From the NCBI RefSeq assembly GCF_006345805.1, contig NC_043011.1:61764464-61828463 (forward strand): 64,000 nucleotides of DNA, read 5' to 3'. This document shows positions 50,922-64,000 of this stretch, in pieces. This stretch comes from Octopus sinensis. Taxonomy: Eukaryota. The position numbers were made by a program, and so were the translations under genes. The notes beneath the pieces are model-generated. The model saw only the letters and a list, made by a program, of their open reading frames with translations, ran no database searches and had not been told where the DNA came from. The first letter of the stretch is position 1; every line of letters begins with the position of its first letter.

Positions 50922-51032
50922 GGTACTATTATTATAGGTACCGCACGCTAGGAGGGACTCTTGCAATCAAAACTACTAAAATAAACAAATTGTACCGAAT
51001 GCAAAACTTCAAAGCAAGTCATTTAAAAACAG

Positions 51033-51079
<47 letters not shown>

Positions 51080-51173
51080 GAGTGTGTGTGCGTGTGTGTG
51101 TGTTAGATTAATTAATATGCAGAGATTAATAGGAAGGTTTATGAAGAAGACCATTTGTCTTTTAGCTACTTAC

Positions 51174-51210
51174 CAACAATGAGAAGACAAATGCTTAGAA
51201 AATATTTCAT
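51174..51210 (-). CDS. Copy D, exon 1 (MKYFLSICLLIV, phase 1)
   Basis: ATG...GTTG|GTAAGTAG; promoter module upstream. Confidence 0.8.
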
Positions 51211-51243
51211 CGTCAACTGTCCACTACATCGATACCCAATTAA

Positions 51244-51300
51244 GACTGAGCAATTTCCACGTTTGCGTGTGTTTTATATTTAGATATGATGTAACAGCTG
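51244..51300 (-). promoter_or_regulatory. Copy D core promoter: CAGCTG, TTACATCA, TATAAAA at -31, Inr TCAGTC
   Basis: The first T of the TATA box (51278) is 31 nt upstream of the Inr A (51247). Confidence 0.72.
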
Positions 51301-52089
51301 TTTCTCTTCACTCCAACTATATTCGTATTTAATATAGAAGATGTTAAATAATGTTTTACTGTCTCATATTTAATGGTTTGGATGGTAATGATAATGGTGT
51401 TAGTGATTTATTTGAAATGTTAAAGCAAATTGGGTGAATAGAAAAAATGTTTTCAATTTGTATTTTGCAATTCTTTATGTATTAGTTGCGTGTTTATTGT
51501 AAAACCTCGATACCAAAATCTGTGTTAAATTCAAGTATATTGAAAACTTAAGATGTACATTGGTGTATCTGTCTAGTATGAAGATATGTTTCTATTCAGT
51601 GAAAGTTCACACGTAAATAGTTACATTCAGATACATAGAAATAAGTGTGCCTGTGTGTGCTTTTCGTATTGTTTTGCTATGATTTGTATTCCAGGCAACG
51701 GTTAACTTTTTTTTCTTCAACAGTGGACATTGTTGGTTTCAGTATTACTGACTTTGCCAGCGGATGATGGGTCATAGTGACTGAGCGCGTTTTTAGCTGC
51801 TCACAATTAGAGACCTCAGAATATTTTCCATACTTCAGACTCTATCCACTATCAGATTCCTATTCTACAATAGATTAGTGAAATTAATGATTCACAGAGT
51901 AGTAGGATCGAAACTGGATCAACCCCTTCCGAAAACAATTTCTTCTTAATCACACAATCAAGTTAGGATCAAAGCCGCTATTAGCTTTACTGTTATCCTC
52001 TCTTCAAGACTAACACATCACACTTTCTCGGTCCGAACTCCATTCTAATATCAGCACTGAAGGTATACACCGTATCAACGAGGGAACTG

Positions 52090-52770
52090 ACTTAGGCTTC
52101 ATATTTACCATAAAGTTTGAGATCATCTATGAATAACAAATGGTTGATATTTTGTTGGCGGCTCTTGAATACATACCCAGCTTTTTCTTTCCTCGGAATC
52201 AGTGTTAGTGGTATCAACACAGTACAAATATCAGTGGGGACAGGCAGTCTCCGTGGAAGATGCCCCTCCTGATTTCTACTGTTCCTAAACGTCTTCCGTA
52301 TGCTGTCAGGTCCGTCCTCCAATTCGCCATACTTTTCCGAGCAATCGCTCAACATTCGATACAAATAGGTTCATATTTTCCATAATCCAAAGGTGTGGGA
52401 TCATAACGTATGCCTTACGATAGTCGATCCATGACATGGCTAAGCTACTTTTCCTCCTCTTGCAGTCTCTAAGTACAGCTTTGTCTATCAGGAGCTGATC
52501 CATGATACCTGTGCACTTACGCTTGCAGCCCTTCAGCTCATCTGGCAGGACTCCATTTTTTTCCAGATGTTCGTACATTAACTCTGCGAGTATTCCAGTC
52601 AATAATTTAAAACATAAGTGGAGAACAGGATATCACCTGTAAATGTCTACCGTATTGCCTTTTTCCATGTTTTGCAAGCACAGCACTGTCCTACCCAATG
52701 CCAACCACTCTGGTGTTACCTGGTCGGCATTTAACAAGGTGTTGAGTTGCGCAGCTATTCATGCATGACA
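52090..52770 (-). mobile_element. Decayed RLE-type RT fragment
   Basis: [11 protein letters not shown]...DQLLIDK...WIDYRKAY and HLLFIDDLKLY; abuts (TAA)n. Confidence 0.8.
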
Positions 52771-52825
<55 letters not shown>

Positions 52826-52826
<1 letters not shown>

Positions 52827-53110
52827 GAGTGAGAGAGCAGTGCATGCCACCAAAGTGACACTGGGGTAAAATATACGAAGCCCAGTATACCCATCATGAC
52901 TACTTGTCTGATAAGGGTACACCAGGCGCATGCATCACAGCCATATGTGCACGACAGTGATTTCATATCAAGATAAACAGCGCGTGACCTTGCAGGTGGG
53001 GTCCTGTTAGAATTTTCTTCAGGTTCAGTATCCCATCCCGCTCAAAGGTCCCTGAATAAGGGTTGTTTAAGGATGTTGAACGAACCACCCAAGACAAAAC
53101 AATGTACATG
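52826..53110 (-). mobile_element. Retroelement 3' end with (TAA)n tail; second copy at 54332-54840
   Basis: Both copies start ATTGAGTGAGAGAGCAG(T/C)GCATGCCA..AAGTGACACTGGG directly after (TAT)n. Confidence 0.65.
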
Positions 53111-53150
53111 TTATCACTTCTGATCAGTTAAGGTCAGAAGGTGGTGGTGT

Positions 53151-53238
<88 letters not shown>

Positions 53239-53279
53239 ATTTTTTTGTTGTTGCTATTGTTGTTATTCTTTTTTCTCTC

Positions 53280-53905
53280 TCTTTACTCATTTACTTGTTT
53301 CAGTCATTTGACAGTGGCCATGCTGGAGCACCTCCTTTAATCGAGCAAATCGGCACCAGGACTTATTCATTGTAAGCTTAGTACTTATTCTATCGGTCTC
53401 TTTTGCCGAACGGCTAAGTTACGGGGACGTAAACACACCAGCATCGGTTGTCAAGCGATGCTGTGGGAACAAACATACACACACACACATATATATATTT
53501 ATAAATATACATATATACGACGGACTTCTTTCCGTTTCCGTCTACCAAATCCACTCACAAGGCTTTTGTCGGCCCGAGGCTATAGTAGAAGACACTTGCC
53601 CAAGGTGCCATGCAGTGGGACTGAACCCTCTGAACTCGCAACCATGGGGTTGGTAAGCAAGCTACTTACAACACAGTCACTCCTCTGAACCCGCAACCAT
53701 GTGGTTGGTAAGCAAGCTACTTACAGCACAGCCACTCCTCTGAACTCGCAACCATGTGGTTGGTAAGCAAGCTACTTACAACACAGTCAATCCTCTGAAC
53801 TCGCAACCATGTGGTTGGTAAGCAAGCTACTTACAACACAGTCACTCCTCTGAACCCGCAACCATGTTGTTGGTAAGCAAGCTACTTACCACACAGCCAC
53901 TCCTG
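53280..53905 (-). mobile_element. Family-1 SINE with five tandem 55-bp copies of its tRNA-like head (53628-53903)
   Basis: CTCTGAAC(T/C)CGCAACCATG.GGTTGGTAAGCAAGCTACTTAC..CACAG.CA.TC occurs five times. Confidence 0.9.
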
Positions 53906-54282
53906 TTTAATTTTTTGTAATAAAGTCGATGGCAAACGAACTTCTGTTTAAAGAATAATGTCACTGTTATAAACTCTGTTAGATTTTAACAAGAAGTATA
54001 ACAGAATGTTTCCAACATAGGCGAGGGTTTACAGTACAACAGAAATCTAGACAGATAAGTAAATATCAAACAGAGAAGATCTATATTTGCTTTGAAAACA
54101 ATCCAACATATTTAAATGTAATTATTCGCTCCACGGAAGCTGACAATAATAGCTTTGAAGTTAGCTTGACATAAAAAAAAATAGGTAGATAAGACTCGTG
54201 GGGTGAGTATATTTATAGTTATTATTTTTATCAACATCATCATTATTATTATTCTTATTACTATTATTATTATTATTATTAC

Positions 54283-54330
<48 letters not shown>

Positions 54331-56244
54331 GATTGAGTGAGAGAGCAGCGCATGCCATCGAAGTGACACTGGGATATAAATATATGGAGGCCAATATAAC
54401 CCTGATGACTACCCGTCTGATAAGGGTACATGGGGATCTCATATCAAGATAAACAGTGCATGACCTTGCAGTTAGGGCCCAGTTAGAATTTTCTTCAGGT
54501 CGAGTTGCGCATCCCGTTCAAAAGGACCCTGAATAAGGTTTGTTTAAGGATGTTGAACAAAGCACCTATATTTCCAGTTGTGACTTAGTCAAACCCCAAA
54601 GAATTCCTCTCAACACATGGCTATGATGTTCCCTCACTACTTCTGCTTGTGATAAGTGACAGAAATATTGCCAGCCACCAAGGGACATGCTCAACCGGTT
54701 AAGGTCAAGCAAAAGGGAAGCAAATATGTGGTATTGAGCAGAATATCTGCTTTAGCCCGTCTTTTTTCACCAAGACTAAACATGTACATAATAACACTTC
54801 CAATCAGTTAAGATCAGAAGCCATGACAACGGCGACCTCCACTACGGTTTCAGTTCTGTCGTCTCTTACAAAATCAGCCCATGCAATGCATTCCTCCATT
54901 GTTATCAATAGATAATGTATTATTGATGTACGACAGGAAATGTGTTTTGTGGTGCCATTTCTGTTACCGTAACCGCTAAGTCAGCTGGAAGTGTGATGCG
55001 AGTGACGAACTTTGTGGGGCTAAATATTTAGCTATATATTAACAGTAATTCGGGGATAATATAATCGTTACAGAAGAGCCTATTCTTAGGGATACTCAAC
55101 CAATAACTGATTCGTCTTACATAAAACCAGCAAAGTTTTCAGTCATCGAGTTTCTCAGAAATCAAACGTTGGTGTGAAACATTCTGTTGCGAGGCAGACA
55201 TATATTTCACAATTTATGTTGGAAGCAATTCACGACTAAGAACAGCAGAAGGGGCTCTGAGTAAAATCCCTGATCTTTTTACTTGTCCCAATTGCAGAGA
55301 GCAAAGACATTAAGCTAAAGTGGAAGAAGGTTAATATTGAGTGCTGCCAGGATTACTGCGCTCATTTCTTTACTTGAAATGTCGATAAAATCTTCGTCTG
55401 GAACCCATCTCAAAGTGCTGAATGCAAATTAAAAATGAATAAAATTCAAGGGATGAAAGGAAGGTTTCCATTTCCAAAGCAACCAGAATGTTCATTAAAT
55501 CAGAAAAATTCAAAGTTCACCACGTCGCTTTGCACCGCAAATGTAAATGTCTCAACTTCGGTGCTACCGGCTGCTGATGCAATTTAAGTCAGAGTCCTTA
55601 ATTGTAGCTGTTCTTTCGACAGAATCTCAAATTTGTGGATTATTGATTTTGTAATAAAGATTGTTTGACAATATAACATGGTAGTCCTGGTTTAGGATGA
55701 ATGTTGCTGTAATTTATCCCCAGGAGACATCGTCTCCAGCTGGCTATACGACATGATCTGTGTCCTTATATTTTCGAACATGGGGCTAGATGACAGCAAC
55801 ATTCGTCCTAGACCATGTTATGTTGGCAAACAATCTTTGCTACAAAGTACTGTTACAGAATATCTCACTTTGTGAGATTTAAAAATAGTAATTTTCTAAT
55901 TGATTTTGCGTATCATAAAGCAAATTGACTGTAAACTATGGAATAATTTCAGAATATCTTTTTAATACGAAACAATACAACTTCAAGACTAATTGCTACC
56001 AAGCTATTTCACGAAAAGGTTTGCGAATAAAAACTAAGTTTAGCCTTTTCCATGTGGTAGGTGTGAGTTGATATGACAAATGTATTTTCCTTTAGAAAAT
56101 AGAGTTTCTCGGCATCGGATATACCGAATAAAATATGTTGTCTATGTAAAAGAACGAAACTGAGGCATGTTCAATATAGAATGCACAGCAGCGCAAAGAA
56201 ATAATTTCAACCAAAACATGTTAGTATATAAGGAAGCAAAAAAC

Positions 56245-56570
56245 TGGCCCTCTATCGGTTGCGACGAATCGGATTCCAGTTGATCCGGTCAACTGAACAG
56301 CTTGCTCGTGAGATTAACGTGCAAGTGGCTGTACGCCCCACTGACACGCTCACTCCTTTACATCGTTCTCAGGAAGATTCAGCGTGACACAGAGTTTGAC
56401 ATGGATGACTCCTTGAAATACAGGCACTACTCATTTTTGCCAGCTATGTAGACTGGAGTAACGTGAAATAAAGTGTCTTGCTCAGGGACACAACAGACTT
56501 CTGGGAATCGAACTCGTGACCCTACGATTGCAAGCTGAATAACCTAAACTCTAAGCCTCGCGCCTTCACA
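56245..56570 (-). mobile_element. tRNA-derived SINE (another family)
   Basis: GGGAATCGAACTCGTGACC is the reverse complement of a B box; the body is related to 62650-62895. Confidence 0.65.
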
Positions 56571-58039
56571 GTGATTAAATACGCAATAAATTTATGCAAC
56601 GCTCTTGATAAATACTGAAATAAATTGAATCCAAAAATGTTTGAAAACAGAATTCTCAAAGATATGTTGCAGTGTCAGAATAGTGATGCCTTCATTATAA
56701 ACTTTAACAAAGGAAACGAAAAGGACAAAAGAAAATTTCCCTTTAAGAATCTTCAATATGTGGCTTTCAGAAAATATGAGTGGAAAGCACATAGACAAGT
56801 CAGCAACTAAACAACTCTGCCATAGACTGGGCAATGACGCTGTTCAAATAATATGCAGTGGAATTCAAAGAAACTTTAAGCTTGCCTCAGGCAATTTATT
56901 GGAAAAATTGTTTTCATTCGATATTACCGGGATGAGTTAGTTTGGATTCAAGGAAAGTAATTTCAATAACAGGTTCGAGTATCATATACTCTCATTCAGA
57001 TTTATAATCCAAGCAAATTATTCCTTAACATCTCAGTATATCTGCAAAATGAAAGAAGAGGGAATCTGTTCAATATCGTTAAATATTCACACATAATTGC
57101 ACAGCCAATATTCCCGAAATTCCCTCTTTCACACACCAAATTCATCCCAAACTTTTTTTACTCAAAATGCAGTTACTCATTGTATGCAAGTGTTTCCATT
57201 CAATGAAAACTACAAAATAACACCGGCATATTTATTATATTTTTATTTACATATACATGTATTTCTTCACATTTGTCTTGAAAACAGCGTTAGTATTGAT
57301 TGCTGACCGGAATATGAACTGTAATGAAGATAGAAAACGACGGTTATTAAAACATTTGTATTAAAAAAGTGCTTTATTCCAATTAAGCAAAAGGGGTTCC
57401 TTGCAGATGACTTAGTATTGCCTACCGTTCTTTTATGTGCCACGTCGCCCGCTTCCCACAGATCAATCCCTGATATTTCTAATAATTTCCTAAACATGAT
57501 TCCGAATCATATTCATACAAAACAAATATTTCACGTATTTCAGCCATCTGAATTTTTAAAAATCTATTGAAACAATATAATAAACAATTTGGATAATCAG
57601 TGCGTGTTATAAGCAATTTAAGTCAAGTTATGAGTATGTTATATGCAAATTAAGCCCAGAAAACAAACGGAAAAGAAATTCGAGAACATTTATACGAGGC
57701 AATTCTAGCGTGAAAGTTAACGAGGGAGATATCTACGGTTGTCTTGGCAATTTTTACAAAACTAAATTTCTAACACAACTAGAAAGCGCTCATGTCCAAG
57801 AGACACAGGATTCTTCTCTAAGCCGCTTATCAGATTTGTGTGGGTAGCTTTAAAGCGACCGTCATTAGTCAAACCAATAAAACAGACAGACCAAAATCAA
57901 ATGACCTGTGAAAGTAATGTATTTGTGCGAGCGCGAAGAGATGCTGAGAGGGAAGTGGGTTGAGTAAATTTAATTCTTACTCACCGGTTAAATAGAAACA
58001 TTTATGAAGATGAAGAAGATTTCTCTTTTAAGTACTTCC

Positions 58040-58076
58040 CAACAATTTGAAGAGAAACGCATAGAATATATTTCAT
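58040..58076 (-). pseudogene. Copy E, exon 1 (MKYILCVSLQIV) with donor GT mutated to GG
   Basis: GAAAATCCACGATGAAATAT context as in copies A and B; the donor reads GGAAGT; read-through meets a stop. Confidence 0.7.
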
Positions 58077-58102
58077 CGTGGATTTTCCTATTAAATCAAC
58101 AT

Positions 58103-58402
58103 TATCACCACCATCACGTGACCGACCAGTCCATCAGATATAGTTACACATTGCTGGTCACAATGCGTTCGCATTGTTTTAGCCTTCGAATGACGCCACC
58201 CCGCTGGCTAGGCGAGCAGGCCAACAGAAGAAAGAGTGGTGAAAGAGTACAGCAGGGATCACCACCATCCCCTGCCGGAGCCTCGTGGAGCTTTTAGGTG
58301 TTTTCGCTCAATAAACACTCACAACGCCCGGTCTGGGAATCAAAACCGCGATCCTACGACCGCGAGTCCGCTGCCCTAACCACTAGGCCATTGCGCCTCC
58401 AC
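58103..58402 (-). mobile_element. Full-length tRNA-derived SINE with a 10-bp TSD (AAATCAACAT), inserted in the 5'UTR of copy E
   Basis: TSD at 58093-58102 and 58403-58412; A box TGGCCTAGTGG; B box GGTTTTGATTCC. Confidence 0.9.
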
Positions 58403-58446
58403 AAATCAACATATGCCCTTCAAATATTCTCCTCCTTGTCTCTGTG

Positions 58447-58477
58447 TTTTGTATATTTAGAAATGACGTAACAACTG
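58447..58477 (-). promoter_or_regulatory. Degenerate promoter module of copy E (CAGTTG, TTACGTCA, TATACAAAA)
   Basis: Homologous to the modules of copies A, B and D. Confidence 0.55.
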
Positions 58478-59119
58478 TTCCTTTGTGCACCAGCTGTATC
58501 TAGATTTGTTTCATAATACTTATAATATTTTACTGACATATTTAAAAGTTTTGCTGAAAATAGTTTTAGTGTTGTATTTGAGATATTGAAACATGTTTTA
58601 TATGCATGTTTGATCAATTAAAAGAATTTCATATTTTCATTTTGGATTACTCCAAATAAGAATTCCAACCCGTCTTGTTTTTAAAAGCCTCGATGTAAAC
58701 GTCTCTTTTAAATCGAAATATATCAATAACCATTTGCAGATCCTGTCTCTCTCCATACGTCTCTAATTCAAAAAACATCAGCATTCAATCATACTTATAC
58801 ACATAGACATATATACTGCAGCATTCTCTCACGTACACGTCTTTGTATGTGTCTGTGTGTGCGTGTATGTGCTTATGTATGCAAGTATACTTGTGTGTGT
58901 ATATATACGTATATATAAACATATGGCTGCTACTTTAGTGTGAGGTCTACCGCAGTATCCTGTGAACGCTGTGAAATTACTTTTAGTGTGCTGTCCACCT
59001 TTTCTTGCCCTTTTGCACTTTAGCGTGCCACCTACCTCTACTATAAGAACTTTATATCACAGGATGATAAAAACAAATGGAATAATGTGGAGTAATGATT
59101 TATTAATAACTTACACTTA

Positions 59120-59690
59120 AATCATAATCAACCATACATACTTTGTACATCATTTAGGAATGTCACAGGCAAATCTGCGGCATCTTTTCTCAAAACTTTC
59201 CAGTAACAGTGATCAAGGTGTAACTGGAAAAGTTCATTACTAACGCCTCTTATTTTCTTTAAAATAATTGTCTTGGAATCCAACCATGATCTCTTAAAAG
59301 CTTGAGTTTGTGCTCCTGTCACTAGATCCACATAAGGTTCTTGATGATTCACTGTAAAATGGCGATAACCCATGGCATTTAGATTAGAATACTGAATTAC
59401 TGAATCTTTTTCACATTCCCGCTCAATGATTGGTAATAGTGTTTCTGTCACGCGGGGCCCATAGAAGTATTGGCAGTCAGAGCCTTGTTTCAGACCAAAG
59501 AATCAATGACCATCAATTCTACGTCCATGGTTCCTCTTGTTTTGTACATCTATGTAAGTTTCTTCAGCAAGAGGGGCATTGTCGCCATTTAGCAGTCTCC
59601 CACGATCGTACTTCTGTCGACCAGCAAATCTTGCCTCTCAGTTTCAATGGGGCTCTTGTTTGTTCCATCTTGCTCCGTTGACGACGAAAT
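59120..59690 (-). pseudogene. Merlin (IS1595/IS1016-like) DDE transposase relic
   Basis: TLLPII...Y..L...GYRHFTVNH..PYVD..TGAQTQ..KRSW...K....RG.....FQLHL motif pattern in ORF 59128-59451; decayed N-terminus upstream. Confidence 0.75.
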
Positions 59691-59694
59691 ATAT

Positions 59695-59910
<216 letters not shown>

Positions 59911-60729
59911 GTAGTTGAAATTTACAGAAAAACAAAAGACGAAGACAGGTGGTGTACAAAACAAGCAGATGTATTAGTTTAACGTTCGGTAAGGTGAGAA
60001 AGTCTTTTACGTTTCGAGCCTACGCTCTTCAACAGAAAGTAACACGATGAAACAAACAGAGGGAGGATGAAAGAAAACTTTAGGAGCTAGCGGTCAATCA
60101 TGGCGGCTGGCTGGACAAAGGCAGTTAGACATGCGAGCTAGGAAGAAGGGGAGATAATAAAGTATTGGTGATCCCAAAATGAAGGCGTGCATGCGTGTGT
60201 ATGTGAGAGTGTGTAAGTGTGTGCTTGTGGACAGGGGCTGATTTATTTGACGTGTGGATGTATGCGTGTGTAAGTGTGTGCGTCTGTAATGTGTGGGTGT
60301 GTGGATGATGGTTATATTATATATATATATACACACACACACATATACATATACGTGTGTGTTAATGTGAGTGAGATCATAAATGTAGACATGAGGAATC
60401 GGAAGTTAATTTTAAACAGCGGAATTCGTTGCCTCATGTTTCTCTATAGACAATGAATCAAGTCTAACAGTTGTATGTAACAGGATATTGGTTACCTGAG
60501 TCAAGAGATAACAAACCGAGTTGAGACTGACATGATGCTGAAGCACAAAGGTGGAGAAGAAGAGAAAAATTGAACGCATAAATACCTTCCTATCTTATCT
60601 TTTATACTTCAAACATAGCATCCTATTCTCTCTCTTTTTCCGCACTCAACCAACCTTTTGTCTTATCATTTCCTTTGCCTGCTTTATTTATTCTCGCATC
60701 CATCATCATTTATTAGCATCATGGTTTAT

Positions 60730-61285
60730 CGCCAGAAGCGTGGGTGTGGCTGTTTGGGTTAGAAGCTTGCTTCCCAAACATATGGTCTTAGGTTCAGTAC
60801 CATTGCTCGGTACTTTAGCCAAGTGTCTTCTGTATTGGCCCTGGGCCGGCCAAAACCTTACGAATGGATTTGGTGGTACACGGGAAATGAAAGAAACCAT
60901 CGTGCATGTGTGTGTGCATGTCTGTATATGTATGTGTGTGCGTGTGTATTTGAGTGTGTGTATGCTTGCGTGTGAGTGTACACGTGTGTATGTACGTGTG
61001 TGTGTGTATGCGCGTGTATTTGTGTGCATGTGTATGTGTATGTGTATGCGTGTGTGCGTGTGTGTATGTGTATCTTTGTATTTATATTGCGTTCGCCCTC
61101 CCCCAGTACCGCTTGACAAACAGTGATAGTTCGTTTACGTCTCCATAACTTAGTGATTCGACAAAAGAGACCGATAAAATAAGTAACAGACTTACAAAGA
61201 AGTACTGGAATCTATTTGTTTAACCAAGTCCGCCAAGGTGATGCCCCAGCTTGGGCACAATCCGATGACCGAAAGATGTAAAAGA
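60730..61285 (+). mobile_element. Family-1 SINE with internal (GT)n
   Basis: TGGCTGTTTGG A box, GGTTCAGTACC B box, shared tail. Confidence 0.8.
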
Positions 61286-62119
61286 CAAAATATAAGCTGG
61301 AATTTTGATAAAATCATAATATAATGTCTTCCCGAATCTACATCCAACTGTCTTGGAGAAGCAGTACCAGCTGTATAATGTATTGTCGAAAGTAAAAAGA
61401 TACAGACCATAGCCGTCACTCGCGAGCGAGTTAAGGCCTGGTTGCACATATCATGATTTCGCCAATTGTTTTAGGTTCCTATGAATTTGCCTGCAAACAT
61501 AAACACCGTTTCGGCCACCTCATCCTTTTTGCAGCAGAACAGCGAGGGTGTGACAGTTAAAAAAAAAAAGAGAGAAATAGAAAGAGACAGAAGCAGACAG
61601 ACAAAGAAGTGCCAGTACTTGGCTGGTACTCAGCTTTACCTGAGAAGGCTAAAGAAGAAAGGTAAAGTTACCTTCTCGAGTAATGCCGACTTATAAGGAT
61701 CGGTTTCAAGGATGTATGCAACAGCACCAATAAATGAAACTGAACTCAATGAATGATGGACGATGGTGGATGGAAGGGAAAATGGCAGCCATAAGTCATG
61801 CAGCGTTCGTGACTCATTCCAAACACTGCGCCATGCATACACACTCAACGCGCTAAACGTATACTCTATCCCCTTCTTCGTTACGCAAAACATACGGTAT
61901 GTCTTCCGCACTACAACATGTACCCTGTGTAAAACAACCGCATATACACTACCCCGTATACCTCAGCGCAGGATTACTCGTTCTTCCTATCTGTGTGGAG
62001 CAGAGCAGCGTGAAATGAAGTGAACAAAACATATCGCTTGGTCCAGGAATCGAACCCACAATCTCGCATTCAGGAGTGCAACACCCTAAGCCACGCACCC
62101 CCACAAAACATATATTCTT

Positions 62120-62365
62120 TTATTTTTTATTCTTTTATTTGTTTCAGTCATTTGACTGAGACCATGCTGGAGCAGCGCCTTTAGTCGAACAAATCGACCC
62201 CAGGGCTTATTCTTTGTAAGCCCAGTACTTATTCTATCGGTCTCTCTTGTCGTTAAGTTTCGGGGACATAAATACACTAACATCGGTTGTCAAGCGACGG
62301 TAGGGAGACAAACACACACACACAAATATACACACACATACGCTCACACACACACACACATATAA

Positions 62366-62397
<32 letters not shown>

Positions 62398-62552
62398 CCG
62401 ACGGGCTTCTTTCAGTTTCCGTCTACCAAATCCTCGCACAAGGCTTTGGTCTGCCCGAGGCTATAGTAGAAGACACTAGTCCAAGGTGCCACGCAGTGGT
62501 GCTGAACCCGGAACCATGTGGTTGGTAAGTAGCTTCTTACCACACAGCCACG
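62120..62552 (-). mobile_element. Family-1 SINE
   Basis: Same head, core and tail as the other family-1 copies. Confidence 0.85.
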
Positions 62553-63314
62553 CTATATACACCACTCCACAAACTACACCCCATATACCATGACATATAC
62601 TATATTTTATACAGAAAAGCATGTACTATATCCTGTACACCAGGTAAAAGTAAAAGTAAAGTTACCTTCTCCGGTCATGTCGACTCATAAGGACCGGTTT
62701 GCCGGTTTCCGTGGTGTATATATTCCCCACCTGGATGGGACGCTAGTCCGTCGCAGGATTACTCCTTTTTGCCAGTTGAGTGGACTGGAGCAAAGTGAAG
62801 TGTTTTTCTCAAGAACACATTGTGTCGCCCGGTCCAGGAATTTAACCCTTGACCTTATTGTGATTGTGAGTTGAATGGCTTGCACGCTCGACCATATGCC
62901 ATTTCCTTATCAGACATTCTTGGATAAAGAGAAAAGACACAGAAAATAATATAATAGGATCCATTTTTAGGGATGTTATTCATTAGAGGGTTACTAAATC
63001 AAGCGTAACCCGCGACTAATAACCAACAGCAACGACTATAAGTAACAGAGATACGGCGACATTAACAACAACAGCAAGAACAATTGTATCACGTTTAAAA
63101 TTATTGGTTCACAATGGACAATGAATATCTGGAAAAGGAAAAACAGGAGGGTCATGTATGGAATGCCTTAAACCGTAGACATTTTTCATTGTTTTCGAAC
63201 ATGAGAACAGTTAACAGCAACAACAACAGCAACTACATCACCAACACTTTCAATGTCAAAACGAGAGCCCCACATGTGCCACACTCCACGCGGTTTACCA
63301 TCCATTAAAACTAA

Positions 63315-63560
63315 GTGCGCGCGTGGCCTAGTGGTAAAGGGGTTACACTGACGATCTCAAAATTGTGGTTTCGATTTCTGGATCGGGCGATGCGTTGTAC
63401 TTTCGTTCAAAATATCTTCACTTCCCGTTGCTCCAGTTCGCTCACCGACAGGTGTCCTGCTCAGGTACAGTGGAGGTGGTGGGGTGTTGTTGTTTGGCTC
63501 ACTTGTACGCCATGAAAACCGACTGAACGGATCTGTGACTCTTAGGACTCGAGACTGTAA
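63315..63560 (+). mobile_element. tRNA-derived SINE followed by (GAT)n
   Basis: TGGCCTAGTGG A box, GGTTTCGATTTC B box. Confidence 0.65.
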
Positions 63561-63609
63561 TGCTGACGATGATGATGATGACGACGACGACAACGACGAT
63601 GAAGAAGAC

Positions 63610-63641
<32 letters not shown>

Positions 63642-64000
63642 GAAGGAACACCTCCTCCCCAACAACTGCAGCATCACCACTATCATCAGCACAAAGGACA
63701 GCATCCGTTCCACTTCGCACAACACTTACCCCCAACGCCACCGACATCGATACCGAAACATGAACTGCACCCATAACATACAGAACGTTGCTTATCGCCA
63801 ACATCAACAGCAACAACAACATTAACACGAAGACTACCACACCAACATCAACAACACCAACAGCAGCCATTAAAATGCCTCCACCACCGACTCCAACACC
63901 ATTAACAGCATCATTAATGTATTAATATTAACTGTACCACCACCACCAACAACAACAACACTAGCCTCAACACCAGCGACACTAATGCCACCTACATCAA

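Noticed and set aside
53628-53903. CRISPR-like repeated array
   Set aside because: Units are contiguous with no unique spacers, derive from a SINE head, and the context is eukaryotic.
57984-58076. Rescue of copy E exon 1 by a downstream GTGAGT donor
   Set aside because: Read-through hits TAA (...KEKSSSSS*) before that donor.

Overview
AT-rich, microsatellite- and retroelement-dense animal DNA. It is most likely an octopus/cephalopod genome; that is an inference from the SINE types and the Tx1, Dong-R4, CR1 and Penelope mix. Almost all ORFs in the supplied track are either simple-repeat artefacts or retroelement fragments. The main hidden structure, invisible to the ORF track, is a cluster of four paralogous, multi-exon genes or pseudogenes for a small secreted Cys-rich protein of about 110 aa: copy A (minus, 8620->6965, continuing off-window), copy B (plus, 19009->28563), copy D (minus, 51210->41280) and copy E (minus, a dead exon 1 at 58076). 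A separate upstream-only duplicate lies at 35.6-37.3 kb. The copies share a compact promoter (E-box + TTACATCA + TATA), a phase-1 'MKY...' signal-peptide exon, and, in B and D, an identical C-x8-C-x8-C-x13-C spacing. Between A and B the mature-peptide codons have diverged far more than the flanking introns. Second theme: microsatellite-targeted non-LTR elements. A near full-length Tx1-clade element sits in (GATA)n, a different Tx1 subfamily sits in the paralogous microsatellite of copy B, and Dong/R4-like elements sit at (TAA)n. A SINE variant carries the Tx1 3' tail and twice abuts the same site of another SINE head. Also present: a CR1 3' fragment, Penelope GIY-YIG relics with hammerhead-like cores, a Merlin transposase relic, MITEs, long palindromes and a self-complementary A4T4 minisatellite. 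All gene models were hand-spliced; no database searches were run.
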